A stretch of DNA of 64,000 nt from the NCBI GenBank assembly GCA_963771355.1, contig CAVYTA010000006.1, positions 2,272,001 to 2,336,000 of the forward strand, written 5' to 3'. This DNA comes from an uncultured Candidatus Rokubacteria bacterium (GTDB lineage Bacteria > Methylomirabilota > Methylomirabilia > Rokubacteriales > CSP1-6). How positions within the stretch are numbered: the stretch's first letter is position 1; the number at the start of each line of letters is the position of its first letter. The notes below the pieces were generated by a model. It was not told where the DNA came from and ran no database searches. It saw only the letters and a list, made by a program, of their open reading frames with translations. The position numbers and the translations under genes were made by a program. Of the stretch, positions 26,647 through 38,801 are shown piece by piece.

Positions 26647-28377
26647 ATGGCCGAGGTCGCGCTGCGCAGCCGCAACTGGTTCGGGCGAAAGGATCTGGAC
26701 GGGTTCGCCCATCGCTCGTGGATCAAGGCGGAGGGCTTTTCCGACCTCATGTTCGACGGCCGCCCCGTCATCGGCATCGCGAACTCGTGGTCCGAGCTGA
26801 CGAGCTGCAACGCGCATCTCCGCACCGTCGCGGAGGCGGTGAAGCGCGGCGTGCTCTCCGCGGGCGGCTTCCCCCTCGAGTTCCCCACCATCTCGCTGGG
26901 CGAGGTCCTGATGAAGCCCACCACCATGATGTTCCGCAACCTCATGGCGATGGACGTGGAGGAATGCATCCGCGCCTACCCGCTCGACGGCGTGATCCTG
27001 CTCTCGGGCTGCGACAAGACCACGCCCGCCATGCTGATGGGCGCCGCCTCGGCCGACGTGCCGGCCATTCTCCTCACCGGCGGCCCCATGCTGAACGGCA
27101 TCCGCGGCCAGGAGCAGCTCGGCTCCGGTACCGACACATGGCGGCTGTGGGCGGAGCGGCGCGCGGGGCGCCTCAGCGAGGAGGAGTTCTGCGAGCTGGA
27201 GGCGTGCATGTCGCGCTCGGCCGGTCACTGCATGGTGATGGGCACCGCGTCCACCATGGCCTCGATGGGCGAGGCGCTCGGCATGGCGCTGCCCGGCAAC
27301 GCCGCCATCCCCGCCGCCGACTCGCGGCGTCTCGCGCTGGCCGAGATGGCCGGCCGCCGCATCATCGAGATGGCGCGCGAGGGCCTCAAGCCGTCGCAGA
27401 TCCTCACCGCCAAGGCCTTCGACAACGCCATCCGCGCCGACATGGCCATCGGCGGATCCACCAACGCCATCATCCACCTGGTGGCCATCGCCGGCCGCGC
27501 CGGGGTGCCGCTGCCCCTGACGCGCTTCGACGAGCTCTCGCGCAGCACGCCCTTCCTGGTCAACGTGAAGCCCTCCGGCAAGTACCTGATGGAGGACTTC
27601 TTCTACGCGGGCGGGCTGCCCGCCGTCCTCCGCGAGCTCCTCCCGCTGCTCCACGGCGACGCGCTCACCGTGACCGGCCAGACCCTCGCCGAGAACGTGG
27701 CCGGGGCGGAGAACTGGAACGCGGACGTCATCCGGCCGCTGGGTCTGCCCATCGCGCCCGAGGGCGGCACCGTGATCCTCACCGGCAATCTCTGTCCCGA
27801 CGGCGCCGTGCTCAAGCAGTCAGCCGCGTCCCCGCACCTGCTCGTGCACCGCGGGCGCGCGGTGGTGTTCGAGGACCATGCCGACCTCCACGCGCGCATC
27901 GACGACCCGGCCCTCGCGATGGACGAGACCTCGGTGCTGGTGCTCAAGCGCGTGGGGCCCAAGGGCGCCCCCGGCATGCCCGAGTGGGGCGCCGCGCCCA
28001 TTCCCGCGCGCCTCCTGCAGAAGGGCGTCAAGGACATGGTACGGATCTCGGACGCGCGGATGAGCGGGACGTCGTACGGGACGGTGGTGCTGCACGTGTC
28101 GCCGGAGGCAGCGGTGGGCGGGCCGCTGGCGCTCGTTCGCGACGGTGACGAGATCGAGCTCGACGTCCCTAACCGACGGCTCAGCCTCCGGGTCCCCGAC
28201 GAGGAGCTGGCGCGCCGGCGCGCCGCGTGGACGCCGCCGCCGCCGCACTTCGAGCGCGGCTATGGCCGGCTGTTCCTCGACCACGTGCTCCAGGCGCATC
28301 TGGGCGTCGACTTTGATTTCCTCGTCGGGAAGACGCCGGTGCGGCTCGAGGACAGCGCCGGGCCGAGCCACGCGTAA
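26647..28377 (+). CDS. IlvD/Edd family dehydratase (sugar-acid/arabonate dehydratase type)
   Basis: CNAH, GCDKTTP, GHCMVMGTASTM, GGSTNA, SDARMSGT. Confidence 0.9.
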   Translation: MAEVALRSRNWFGRKDLDGFAHRSWIKAEGFSDLMFDGRPVIGIANSWSELTSCNAHLRTVAEAVKRGVLSAGGFPLEFPTISLGEVLMKPTTMMFRNLMAMDVEECIRAYPLDGVILLSGCDKTTPAMLMGAASADVPAILLTGGPMLNGIRGQEQLGSGTDTWRLWAERRAGRLSEEEFCELEACMSRSAGHCMVMGTASTMASMGEALGMALPGNAAIPAADSRRLALAEMAGRRIIEMAREGLKPSQILTAKAFDNAIRADMAIGGSTNAIIHLVAIAGRAGVPLPLTRFDELSRSTPFLVNVKPSGKYLMEDFFYAGGLPAVLRELLPLLHGDALTVTGQTLAENVAGAENWNADVIRPLGLPIAPEGGTVILTGNLCPDGAVLKQSAASPHLLVHRGRAVVFEDHADLHARIDDPALAMDETSVLVLKRVGPKGAPGMPEWGAAPIPARLLQKGVKDMVRISDARMSGTSYGTVVLHVSPEAAVGGPLALVRDGDEIELDVPNRRLSLRVPDEELARRRAAWTPPPPHFERGYGRLFLDHVLQAHLGVDFDFLVGKTPVRLEDSAGPSHA

Positions 28378-28427
28378 ACAGGACGGAGGATGACGGCGTC
28401 CAATCGGTAGGGAAAGGAGGCAAGCAC

Positions 28428-28862
28428 ATGCGTCGACTCATCGCACTCACCGTCGCCATCGCGCTCGCCCTACCAGTGATCATCGCGTTCGGACCCACGC
28501 CGGCTCGCGCCGACAACGGCACCGCCACCAACGTGGCCCTGGGACTGGCCGCCTTCGCGGTCTTCAACCAGCTCCTGGGCCCCCGCCCGGTCCAGGTGGA
28601 ATACCGCCCGGCGCCGGTGTACCACGGGCCGGCCCCGGTGTATCGAGAAGGGCCCGGCTATCGGCAATGGCCCGGGTATGGAAGCGGACACGGGTACCGG
28701 AGAGTACCCGCATACCCGCACGGATACCCGCGCGTGGTGCCTTACCCTCAGGGCCGGTACGAGCTCCGCGGCGACGGCTACCACGCTCGGTGGGTGTGGA
28801 TCCCCTACGGGCGGCACCCGGCGCCCCCCCTGCCGCACTTTCCGCCGCCGTATCATCGTTAA
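28428..28862 (+). CDS. Secreted Pro/Tyr/Gly-rich hypothetical protein
   Basis: AAGGAGG RBS, signal peptide, PAPVY repeats, GRYELRGDG..WVWIP. Confidence 0.7.
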   Translation: MRRLIALTVAIALALPVIIAFGPTPARADNGTATNVALGLAAFAVFNQLLGPRPVQVEYRPAPVYHGPAPVYREGPGYRQWPGYGSGHGYRRVPAYPHGYPRVVPYPQGRYELRGDGYHARWVWIPYGRHPAPPLPHFPPPYHR

Positions 28863-28896
28863 CCACGGGCGATAACCACGGGCTGAACCGTCGAGG

Positions 28897-28926
28897 AGGC
28901 CCCTGGGGCAAATGCCTCAGGGGCCT
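28897..28926. terminator. Hairpin between convergent genes
   Basis: AGGCCCCTGGGGC-AAAT-GCCTCAGGGGCCT, 13-bp stem. Confidence 0.6.
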
Positions 28927-29022
28927 TGCTGGCGAGCGGGGTCAGAGAGGAGTCCATGCCGTCTCCCTACCAAGCGTCATTTTCGGCCTCAACGCGCGAT
29001 TCCCCGGGTGCGCTTCCCGGCC

Positions 29023-29919
29023 TTACGGCTCCAGCGCGCGCCCGAGAAATTCGTGGGCGGCGGCCAGCCGCCGGGCGGCCTCCCGGCGGTCGACACCCAG
29101 GCGCGCCATCACGATGGCGAGCTTGGCGCGCCCGCCGGCGGCGGCGAGCAGGCGCTGGGCGACCCGCGGCGTCACGCGACCCAGCTCGACGACCAGAGCC
29201 GTTGCGCGCGCGCGGAGCTTGGCCGAGCGCGGCAGGAGATCCACCATGCGGTTGCCGTGGACCTTGCCGAGCCGCACGAAGACTGCGGTGGTGAGGGTGT
29301 TCAGCGCAAGCTTGGTGGCGGTTCCGGCCTTGAGACGAGTGGAGCCGGCGAGGACCTCCGGCCCGACCGCCAGGGGAACGACCACCCGCGCCGCCGAGCG
29401 GGAGATCCCGGGATTGCACGTCACCAGCACGGTGGCGGCGCCGCGCCGCCGCGCCTCCGCGAGCGCCCCGCGCACGAAGGGCGTCACGCCGCTCGCGGCC
29501 ACGCCCACCACCACGTCGCCCCGCCGCGCCCGTCGGCGCACCTGGCGCGCCCCGTCCGCGGCGTCGTCCTCGGCGCCTTCCCGGGCCCGGAACACGGAGG
29601 ACCGCCCGCCCGCCATGACCGCCTGGACCAGAGCGGGCGGAGTGCCGAAGGTCGGCGGGCACTCCGCCGCCTCGAGCACCCCCAACCGGCCGCTCGTGCC
29701 CGCGCCCACGAAGACGAGCCGGCCGCCTCGCGCCAGCGCGCGCGCCGTCAGCTCCACCGCCCGCGCCAGCGGCGCCGCCGCGCGGCCCACCGCGCGTACC
29801 GCGCCCCGATCGGCGCGGTTCATGAGCCGAGCGATGGCCAGCGGGGTCAATCGATCGAGGCGGCGGCTCGCGGGATTGGGCCGCTCGGTGGGCAGGCGCG
29901 CGTAGCGAATCTTCCGCAT
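29023..29919 (-). CDS. murQ: N-acetylmuramic acid 6-phosphate etherase
   Basis: GAGTSGRLG, ECPPTFG, GPEVLAGSTRLKAGTATK, GKVHGNRMVD. Confidence 0.95.
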   Translation of the reverse strand: MRKIRYARLPTERPNPASRRLDRLTPLAIARLMNRADRGAVRAVGRAAAPLARAVELTARALARGGRLVFVGAGTSGRLGVLEAAECPPTFGTPPALVQAVMAGGRSSVFRAREGAEDDAADGARQVRRRARRGDVVVGVAASGVTPFVRGALAEARRRGAATVLVTCNPGISRSAARVVVPLAVGPEVLAGSTRLKAGTATKLALNTLTTAVFVRLGKVHGNRMVDLLPRSAKLRARATALVVELGRVTPRVAQRLLAAAGGRAKLAIVMARLGVDRREAARRLAAAHEFLGRALEP

Positions 29920-29954
29920 GGGCGGGCGCGCCTATCCTACTACTATAGAAGCTG

Positions 29955-31127
<1,173 letters not shown>

Positions 31128-31134
31128 GCCCGCC

Positions 31135-32828
31135 ATGGTGACCCTCGAGGAGCTTGTCGGCCGGCGGCTGGTGTTCGGGCTGGTGGGTCCGGACCTCACG
31201 GACACCGACGTGCGCCTGTTCCGCGATACGCATGCGGGCGGGATCATGCTCTATCGCCGCAACTTCGAGACGCCCGAGCGCTTCCGCGCCCTCATCGACG
31301 GGCTGGAGGAGGCGCTGGGCCGGCGGCTCCTCATCACCACCGACCACGAGGGCGGCCGCATCATCATGCTCAACCGCGGGGTGACCATCTTCCCCGACGG
31401 GCTCGCCGCCGGCGCCTCGGCCGACGCGCACTTCGTGCAGCGGCAGGGGCTCATCGAGGGGCGCGAGCTGCGGCGGCTCGGCGTGGACGTCAACTTCGCC
31501 CCGGTGCTGGACGTCCTCACCGAGCGCTACAGCCCGAACATCGGCATCCGCTCCTACGGCAAGGATCCCGCGCTGGTCGGGCGGCTCGGCGCCGCGCGCA
31601 TCCGCGGGATGCAGGCGGCGGGGCTCTCCGCCTGCGCCAAGCACTTCCCCGGCAAGGGCCACGCCCCCGTGGACGCGCACCTGGGGCTCCCCGTCATCGA
31701 CTCCGACTGGGCGGAGATGCACGCGGGGCACCTCCCGCCCTTTCTGGCCGCCATGGAGGCGGGCGTGGACTGCATCATGACCTCGCACCCGCTCTATCCC
31801 CGCCTCGACCCCGCCGCCCGCATGCCCGCGTCGTTCTCGCGGCTCATCGTCACCGACTATCTGCGCGGCGAGGTCGGCTACCGCGGCGTCATCATCTCCG
31901 ACGACCTCGAGATGGGCGCCATCGGCGAGCTCTGTCCCATCGGCGAGGCGACGGTGCGCACCGCGGCGGCGGGCCACGATCTCCTCCTCGTGTGCCACAC
32001 CGAGCCGAAGCAGCGCGCCGCGCACGCCGCCCTGCTCGACGCCGCGAAATCGGGTGCCCTTCCCCGCCGCGACTTCGAGCTGGCGGCGAGCCGGCTGGAC
32101 CACCTGGCCTCCCGACGGCCGGAGCGCTACGCCGCGCGGCGCCCCGCAGGCGGAGCGCGACGGCGAGCCTCTGGCCCGCGCCATGGCCACGCGCGCGGTG
32201 ACGCGCGTGACGCCGCCCGCGCCCGGGCTACGGCCGCGGCTCAACGGCAAGGTGGTGGCGGTGTTTCCGCGCCTGTCGTCCCTCGCCGACCGGATCACGG
32301 TGGAGCCCGCGATGCAGCGCGAGGCCGAGTACCTGCGCGGCGCGATGGCGCCGCTCGGGGTGGCCCCCGAGGTACTCGTGGTGGGCGTGGAGCCGGCGGA
32401 GGCCGAGATCGCCGCCGCCGCCGAGAAGGCGCGCGGGGCGGACGCGACCGTGCTCTTCCTCTACGACGCCCACCTCTACCCGTCGAACCGCGCGCTCCTG
32501 GAGGCGCTGCAGGCCGCGGCGCCCGCCCTCGCGGTGGTCCTGATGCGCGATCCGTACGACGCCGCGCTCCTGGCCCCCGGCGTGCTCGGGCCTCACCGCC
32601 TACGGATGGCGCCGCTGCCAGCTCGAGGCCGTGCTCGCGCAGCTGCTGCGCGCGTCGAGGGCGCTGGCACCCGACGCTCGCGTGACTCGGAGGCACGGCG
32701 TGCGTCGTATGATCGGCCTGACGCCGGCTTCGCGGCATGGCACGCGTAGGCACGCTCTCTGCACGCCGATCGTCGGGGCAGCTCAGCCGCGCAAGTGGAG
32801 CCTGCCGGAAGCGAGATCTACCCTCTAG
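31135..32828 (+). CDS. nagZ: GH3 beta-N-acetylhexosaminidase, two-domain (indels near 32135 and 32590; 3' end uncertain)
   Basis: DHEGG, FAPVLD, IGIRSY, KHFPGKG..DAH, ISDDLEM; C-terminal domain (RDPYD, TAYG) in shifted frames. Confidence 0.8.
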
Positions 32829-32901
32829 AAGCCTGGGTTAAGGTGCCATTGTTTCTGATGTGGTCGTTCGCGCGATCATGACGACGAGGAGGGTTCCGAC
32901 G

Positions 32902-33345
32902 ATGGAGTGCAATGCCGAGTATCCGGAGTGGCGGCGGGGTGAGCTCACGGTGACCACGGATCCCGCGCGGCTCGACCTCGACGCGATCTGCGCCTTCCTC
33001 GCCCGATCCTACTGGGCGCCGAAGCGCAGCCGGGAGGTGATCGCGCGCTCGCTCCAGCACTCCATCGGCTTCGGCGTCTTCGCGGGCGACCGCCAGGTGG
33101 GCATCGCCCGCGTGATCACGGATCGCGCGACCTACGCGTACGTTTCCGACGTCTTCGTGGACGAAGCGCGGCGCGGCACCGGGGTGGGCACGTTCCTGAT
33201 GGAGTGCATCAAGGCGCACCCGGATCTCCAGGGGCTCGAGCGCTGGAGCCTGGCCACGCGCGACGGCCACGCGCTCTATCGGAAGTTCGGCTTCCAGGAC
33301 CTCCTGCACCCCGAGCGCCAGATGGAGATCCCGCGCCGTCCCTAG
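32902..33345 (+). CDS. GNAT N-acetyltransferase
   Basis: SYWA, QVGIARVITD, DVFV...RGTGVG, LATRDGHALYRKFGF. Confidence 0.85.
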   Translation: MECNAEYPEWRRGELTVTTDPARLDLDAICAFLARSYWAPKRSREVIARSLQHSIGFGVFAGDRQVGIARVITDRATYAYVSDVFVDEARRGTGVGTFLMECIKAHPDLQGLERWSLATRDGHALYRKFGFQDLLHPERQMEIPRRP

Positions 33346-33356
33346 AACGGCCGCGG

Positions 33357-34373
33357 CTAGGGGCGCGGCATGTCGGGCCGCACCGCCTCCTCGAGGCTGA
33401 GCGGCGGGCGGTCCCGGAAGGGTTCGCGCCGGACGCCACAGTCGTCGAGATCACACATCGCACAGTAGATGCGGTGGCAGGGATCGGTGTGAAAGACCAG
33501 CTCGCCCTCCACCCCCAGCTCGGCGATCACCCGCGCGGCCAGGTCCTCGGAGAGCTCGTGCGCCTGATCCACCGACCAGAACTCCGGCACCACCAGATGC
33601 GCCTCCACGTGATGGAAGCGGCCGGCGCGGATGGCGCGGAGGTGGTGGACGCGTATCACGCCCTGTCCCAGGCGCGCGTCCAGCGCCGTCAGCAGCCGGG
33701 AGAGCAGGCCCGGGTCCTCCTCGTCGAGGAGGCCGCCGGCGGCATGGCGCACGAGGCGGAAGCCCGTCCACATCAGGTTGAGCGCCACCACCCCCGCCGT
33801 CACCGGGTCGAGCCACCAGATTCCCGTGGCCCGGACGAGGAGCAGACCCACGACGATCCCCACGCTGGTCCAGAAATCGGACAGCACGTGCTTGCCGTCG
33901 GCGACGAGGGTGAGCGACTGGTACGCGCGCCCGACGCGCAACAGGTACAGGCCCAGGGCGAGGTTGGCGAGCCCGGCGAGGACCACGATGGCCAGCCCCG
34001 CGTCGAGCGCGCGGATCTCCACGCCGTACAGGAAGGCCTGGAGCACCTGGTAGATGATGAGCACGGCGGCAAAGGCGATGAGACCGCCCTCGAAGGCCGC
34101 GGAGAAGAACTCGATCTTCCCATGGCCGTACGGATGATTCCGGTCGGCGGGCTGGGCGGCGAAGGCGATGCCGCCGAGCGCGAAGACGGCGGCCACCACA
34201 TTGACGATGGACTCCAGCGCATCGGACAGGATGGCGGTGGACCCCGTCATCCGGTACGCCTGGTACTTGGCCGCGAGGAGGAGGATCGAGACCACGAGGG
34301 AGAGGAGCCCCGCCCGCGTGCGCACCCGCGAGTCGGCGAGCACGGCGTCGGGACCCACGGCGGGCATCACCAT
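33357..34373 (-). CDS. Cation diffusion facilitator (FieF-like) with Cys-rich tail
   Basis: SDALES, HPYGHGKIE, ADGKHVLSD, HTDPCHRIYCAMCDLDDC. Confidence 0.9.
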   Translation of the reverse strand: MVMPAVGPDAVLADSRVRTRAGLLSLVVSILLLAAKYQAYRMTGSTAILSDALESIVNVVAAVFALGGIAFAAQPADRNHPYGHGKIEFFSAAFEGGLIAFAAVLIIYQVLQAFLYGVEIRALDAGLAIVVLAGLANLALGLYLLRVGRAYQSLTLVADGKHVLSDFWTSVGIVVGLLLVRATGIWWLDPVTAGVVALNLMWTGFRLVRHAAGGLLDEEDPGLLSRLLTALDARLGQGVIRVHHLRAIRAGRFHHVEAHLVVPEFWSVDQAHELSEDLAARVIAELGVEGELVFHTDPCHRIYCAMCDLDDCGVRREPFRDRPPLSLEEAVRPDMPRP

Positions 34374-34406
34374 CTCCCGCATGATAGCGCGCCCGCGGGG
34401 CGCGGG

Positions 34407-35897
34407 CTATCGGGCGCGGTCGAGCACGGGCGCCAGGAGCGCGGCGAGGGCCATGGTCCCGGCGGTGCCGAGGATCACCAGCCACGACCAGCCCAGCGCG
34501 ATCATGCCGCTCTCCGAGAGGATCAGGAGGACCAGGTTCACGAGGGCCATGGTCACCATGGCCACCACGTTGGCGCGATTGGCGCGCAGCCCCGTGAGGA
34601 GCCCGAGGAGGAAGACGCCCAGCAGCGAGCCGAAGGTGACGCCCGCGATCTTGAACGCGAGCCACAGGATCTGGTTGCGGGACGAGAGCCACCACGCGAG
34701 CGCGGCGAGGAGCAGCCCGAAGCCCACCACCGCGAGGCGCGAGACCAGCATGTAGTGGCGCTCGCTCCGCCCCCGCACCAGCAGGGGGCGGTAGATGTCG
34801 GTGACGAAGGAGGCCGACAGCGAGCCCAGCGGCGAGTCGATGGACGCGAGCACGATGGCGGTGAGCATCAGCCCACGGAGGACCTCGGGCATGGCGTTGC
34901 GGATGAAGAAGGGGAAGATCTCGTCGGGCCGCGGCAGGCCGGGGGTGGGGTGCTGCGCGTAGTAGGCGAAGAGCCCCGCGCCGATGCTGAGGTAGATGGC
35001 CAGGGTCACCAGCGTGCCCAGCGGGGTGAGGATGAGGGTCCGCTGGCTCTGCTTCCGCGTCTCCACGGTGAGCAGCCGCTGCATGAGGTCGTGATCGGTG
35101 CCGAAGGCCGCCATCGAGCCCACCAGGCCGTTGAGCACGGCGAGCCAGAAGATGTTGGGATCGGTGAGCACGCGCCGCCAGAAGTCGGGATCGCTCGGCG
35201 CGGGCCCCCAGTTGATCACCCCCAGCCGCCCCGCCTCCGCCGCGATCGCGTACATCCCGGCCAGCCCGCCGTCGACCTGCGAGGCCAGGTAGAGCACGGT
35301 GGCGAGCCCACCCACCAGGAACAGGCTCGCCTGTAGCACATTGGTCCACACCACCGCGCTCACCCCGCCCAGCGCGATATAGATGATGGAAATGACGGTG
35401 AACAGCGCGAGGGTGGCCCCGAGCGGCCAGCCCATGAGGATGGACACCGCCAGTGCCGCCGCCATGAGCCGCACGCCGGAGCCCAGCAGCCGCGTCACGA
35501 AGAAGAAGAGGGAGCCGGTCACCTGGCTGGCGGCGCCGAAGCGGTGCCGCAGGAATTCGTAGATGGTCGTGCAGTTGTGGCGGTAGAAGGCGGGAATGAA
35601 GAGAAAGGCGACCACCAGCTTCGCCAGGCTCGACCCGATGAAGAACTGCGCGTACTGCCAGTTCTCGCTATACGCGGTGGCGGGCACCGAGATGATGGTG
35701 ACCGCGCTGATCTCGGTGGCGAGGAAGGACAGACAGGCCGCCCACCACGGGATATGGCGGCGGGCGAGGAAAAAATCCGCGGTGTCGCGCTGCGAGCGGG
35801 TCAAGGCCCCCCCGATGGCGACCAGCGCGCCGAGGGAGAGGAAGAGGACGGCGTAGTCGGGCCAGGTGAGGCCGGTGCCGGTCACGGAAGGGGCCAT
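34407..35897 (-). CDS. Sodium:solute symporter family transporter
   Basis: DFFLA, ATEISAVT, TIYEFL..RFG, GGVSAVVWT, MQRLL; many TM segments. Confidence 0.88.
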   Translation of the reverse strand: MAPSVTGTGLTWPDYAVLFLSLGALVAIGGALTRSQRDTADFFLARRHIPWWAACLSFLATEISAVTIISVPATAYSENWQYAQFFIGSSLAKLVVAFLFIPAFYRHNCTTIYEFLRHRFGAASQVTGSLFFFVTRLLGSGVRLMAAALAVSILMGWPLGATLALFTVISIIYIALGGVSAVVWTNVLQASLFLVGGLATVLYLASQVDGGLAGMYAIAAEAGRLGVINWGPAPSDPDFWRRVLTDPNIFWLAVLNGLVGSMAAFGTDHDLMQRLLTVETRKQSQRTLILTPLGTLVTLAIYLSIGAGLFAYYAQHPTPGLPRPDEIFPFFIRNAMPEVLRGLMLTAIVLASIDSPLGSLSASFVTDIYRPLLVRGRSERHYMLVSRLAVVGFGLLLAALAWWLSSRNQILWLAFKIAGVTFGSLLGVFLLGLLTGLRANRANVVAMVTMALVNLVLLILSESGMIALGWSWLVILGTAGTMALAALLAPVLDRAR

Positions 35898-35949
35898 GGC
35901 CTGCCGTCATTATGCGCGTCGGAAACGGCCGGCCGTGCATATTGGGTGC

Positions 35950-36786
35950 ATGCAATCGAGGAAAGCGCGAGCGGTCTGGGCCGTCGGCTGCGACCTGGGC
36001 GGGACCACGCTCCGCGTGCTCGCGCGGGACGCCACCGGGCGCATGTGCCGCCTGCGCGCGCCCGCGGTGCCGCTCGCGGCCCTGCCCGCGCGCCTTCGCG
36101 CCGCGCTGCGCGGGTGGGCTATCCGTCCCGATCAGGTCGGCGTGCTCGTGGTGGCCTCGCGGGGCGTGTGGACGCCGGCCGAGCGGCGCGCGGCGACCGC
36201 GCGGCTGCGCGGCCTGGGGCGGCGGGTGCGCGTCGTCTCCGACGTCGAGGCCGCGCGCGACGGCGCCTTCGGCGATCGCCCCGGCATCCTGCTCCTGGCC
36301 GGCACCGGCTCCATCGCGCTCGGCCGCGACCGCCGCGGCAAGCTCGGTCGCGCGGGGGGGCTGGGACCCCTTCTGGGCGACGAGGGCTCGGCGTTCTGGA
36401 TCGGACGCGCATGGCTGCCCATCGCGCGCCGCGGCGCCGGCACCCTCGCGCTGCGCCGTCTCGCCTTGAGGCCCGACGCGGTGGCCCGCGTGGCCGCGCT
36501 GGCGCCGGCGGCCTTGCGCGCGGCCCGAGGCGGGCACCCCATCGCCCAGGCCATCATCGTGGGCGCTCATGTCGCGCTGGCCGAGCTGGTGGCCGAACTG
36601 GCGGGGCGCCTCCGCTTGCGCCCACCCATTCCCGTGAGCTGGGCCGGCGGCCTCCTCGAGGATCCCCGCTTCCGCGCCGGCGTCTGGCTCGCCGCGCGCA
36701 ATGCCGGCCTGCGCCTCGCGCCGACCCCACCCCGCGGCACCGCGCTGGACGCCGCGCTCAGACTCGCGGAGCGCTTGGGGTCATGA
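35950..36786 (+). CDS. BadF/BadG/BcrA/BcrD family sugar kinase (GlcNAc/MurNAc kinase-like)
   Basis: GCDLGGTT, VVSD, LLAGTGSI, GGLGPLLGDEGSAFWIG, WAGG. Confidence 0.82.
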   Translation: MQSRKARAVWAVGCDLGGTTLRVLARDATGRMCRLRAPAVPLAALPARLRAALRGWAIRPDQVGVLVVASRGVWTPAERRAATARLRGLGRRVRVVSDVEAARDGAFGDRPGILLLAGTGSIALGRDRRGKLGRAGGLGPLLGDEGSAFWIGRAWLPIARRGAGTLALRRLALRPDAVARVAALAPAALRAARGGHPIAQAIIVGAHVALAELVAELAGRLRLRPPIPVSWAGGLLEDPRFRAGVWLAARNAGLRLAPTPPRGTALDAALRLAERLGS

Positions 36787-36806
36787 TCCGGAATGGGCCG
36801 CTTCGA

Positions 36807-37458
36807 TTACTTCCTCGTGGAGCCTCGTTTGGGCCGGCGGACGGTCCTCACCTTGCCGCTACCTCCTCCTCCGCAGAAGAACAGATCGCCGCCATCGGAC
36901 TCCAGCCCCGAAACGTTCACTCCGGGCGGCATCTCCAGCTTCTCCAGAACCTCTCCCGTTCGAGGATCGACTCGCCGCAAATCGCTCTCGTCACCTTCCC
37001 AGGTGCCGTGCCACAGCTCTCCGTCGACCCAGGTGACCCCGGTGACGAAGCGGTTGGACTCGATCGTGCGAAGAATCGCCCCTGTCTGCGGATCGATTTG
37101 ATAGATCTTCCGGTCCCGATACTGCCCCACCCAGAGCGTTCCTTCGGCCCACGTGAGCCCCGAGTCACCGCCGCCGCCGGGCGCCGGGATCGTGGCGAGC
37201 ACGGTGCCGGTCTTCGGGTCGATCTTCTGGATGCGGTCCTCGGCGAGCTGAAACAGGTGCTGGCCGTCGAAGGCTGTTCCGGCATGCGCGGCGACATCGA
37301 TCGAGCGCAGCGTCTTCCCGCTCGCGGGATCGAAAGCGTTCAGCCTGTCTCCAGAAGCAAACCAGACGCTCTGGCCGTCGTACGTGACTCCATGCACGCT
37401 CTCGGCACCCGGAAAGGGTCCATACTCGCGGACGATCTCGGCGCGTTGATCGAGTCAT
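36807..37458 (-). CDS. Beta-propeller protein (glutamine cyclotransferase/PQQ-like); indel near 37445
   Basis: Repeats HGVTYDG, AGTAFDG, SGLTWAEG, TGVTWVDG, SGLESDG; N-terminus EIVREYGPF in a shifted frame. Confidence 0.7.
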
Positions 37459-37467
37459 GCGTCCATC

Positions 37468-38689
37468 TTAGTCGGTCGGCAGAGGCCGGGGGAGTAACAA
37501 GGTCGTCGTGAATCCCGGCACGGGCGGGGTCATCCAGCGACGGGCTCGCCCGCGACCGAACGACTGCACCTTGCCTGCTGCCTCGAGCGGGTCGAGCGCT
37601 CGCTGCACGGTCCGCTGGCTCGTTCCCAGCGCAAGGGCCAGGGCCGAGCTCGACCACGATTCGCCGTCGGCGAGGAAGGCGAGCACCCACGCATGCTCCT
37701 CCTCGACGGGCGGGGCCAGCACGACCACCTCGCGTGCGCGGCGCGGCGCCAGCGCGAAACCTCGCTTCGTCGCGCTCACGTCGGCCAGCGTCCGGAGCAC
37801 CGCGCGAAGCCGCCCGACTTCGACGCGCAACCGCGCGCGATGCGATTCATCGGCGAGCTTCCATCCGAATGCCCGCGCCACGAGCGCGTCCCTCGGCACG
37901 TCTCCCGGCCAAGCTTCCCCCAGCGCGCGTGCGAGCGCGAACAACACCGGACGCTTTGCGAGCGAGACCACCTGGCCGGCACGGCGCACGACACGGCGGC
38001 ACGCGTCCACCACGAATGCTTTCGACGCCAGCAGCGCTTCGACCTCCTCGAGCAGCGAGGAGCCGCTCCCCGCCCCTCGCAATCCGGCGCGCCGCGGGCG
38101 TGCTCAGATCGAGGTGTGCGCTTTCTACCTCCGCCGTCAGCGCCGGGATGCGCGCGTGGTGCGCGGCGCGCCTGGCCCGGCCGAGCGCCGCGCGCGCCGC
38201 CTTCGTCTGGAGGCGTCGAATCGCGATTCCCGCGACCACCAGCTCGTGGACGGTCCTCGACGCGGGAGGAAGGGGCGAGGGGTCCAGCTGGGCGAGCGCG
38301 CGCTCGGCTTCGTCGATGCGCCCGATCAGGAGGAGGCGCCGGACCTCGAGATACCGCGCGTACGCGGCGTTGACCCGGTCGGCATGCGCTTCGAGCGTCG
38401 CCCGCGCCGCGGCGAGCGCCTTCACCGGCCAGCCGAGGTCGCGCGAGACGAGCGCGATCTCGGCCTCGGCGACGACGCACCTCGCCCGGGCCACGGGCTC
38501 TTTCGGACCGAAGGCACGCGCCGCCCGTCGCAGGAGAGCCTTCGCTCGAGCGAGATCGCCGAGCTGCGCCATCGCGATACCCCGAAGCGCCAGAGCAGGC
38601 GGGTCGTCGCGCAGGGCAACCCGCTTCAATGCGCCGAGGGGATCACCCGCCGCCAGTGCGCGGGCCGCGGCCGTGATCAGCGAGTCCAT
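37468..38689 (-). CDS. Helical-repeat protein with C-terminal HTH; indel near 38055
   Basis: MDSLITAAARALAAGDPLGAL...; C-terminal WSSSALALALGTSQRTVQRAL HTH; two ORFs join. Confidence 0.7.
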
Positions 38690-38801
38690 CGGAATCCCGT
38701 CACACTTGTAACTCCCACCGTTCGATATCCGGCGCTAATCCTATCCCATCACCAGCAGCGAGCGGTAGGCGGCAGGACACCCACAAAAGGAGACAAGGGC
38801 G

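Noticed and set aside
28860..28883. TAACCACGGGC direct repeat after the Pro/Tyr-rich gene
   Set aside because: A small local duplication at a stop codon; no element between the copies to make it a target-site duplication.
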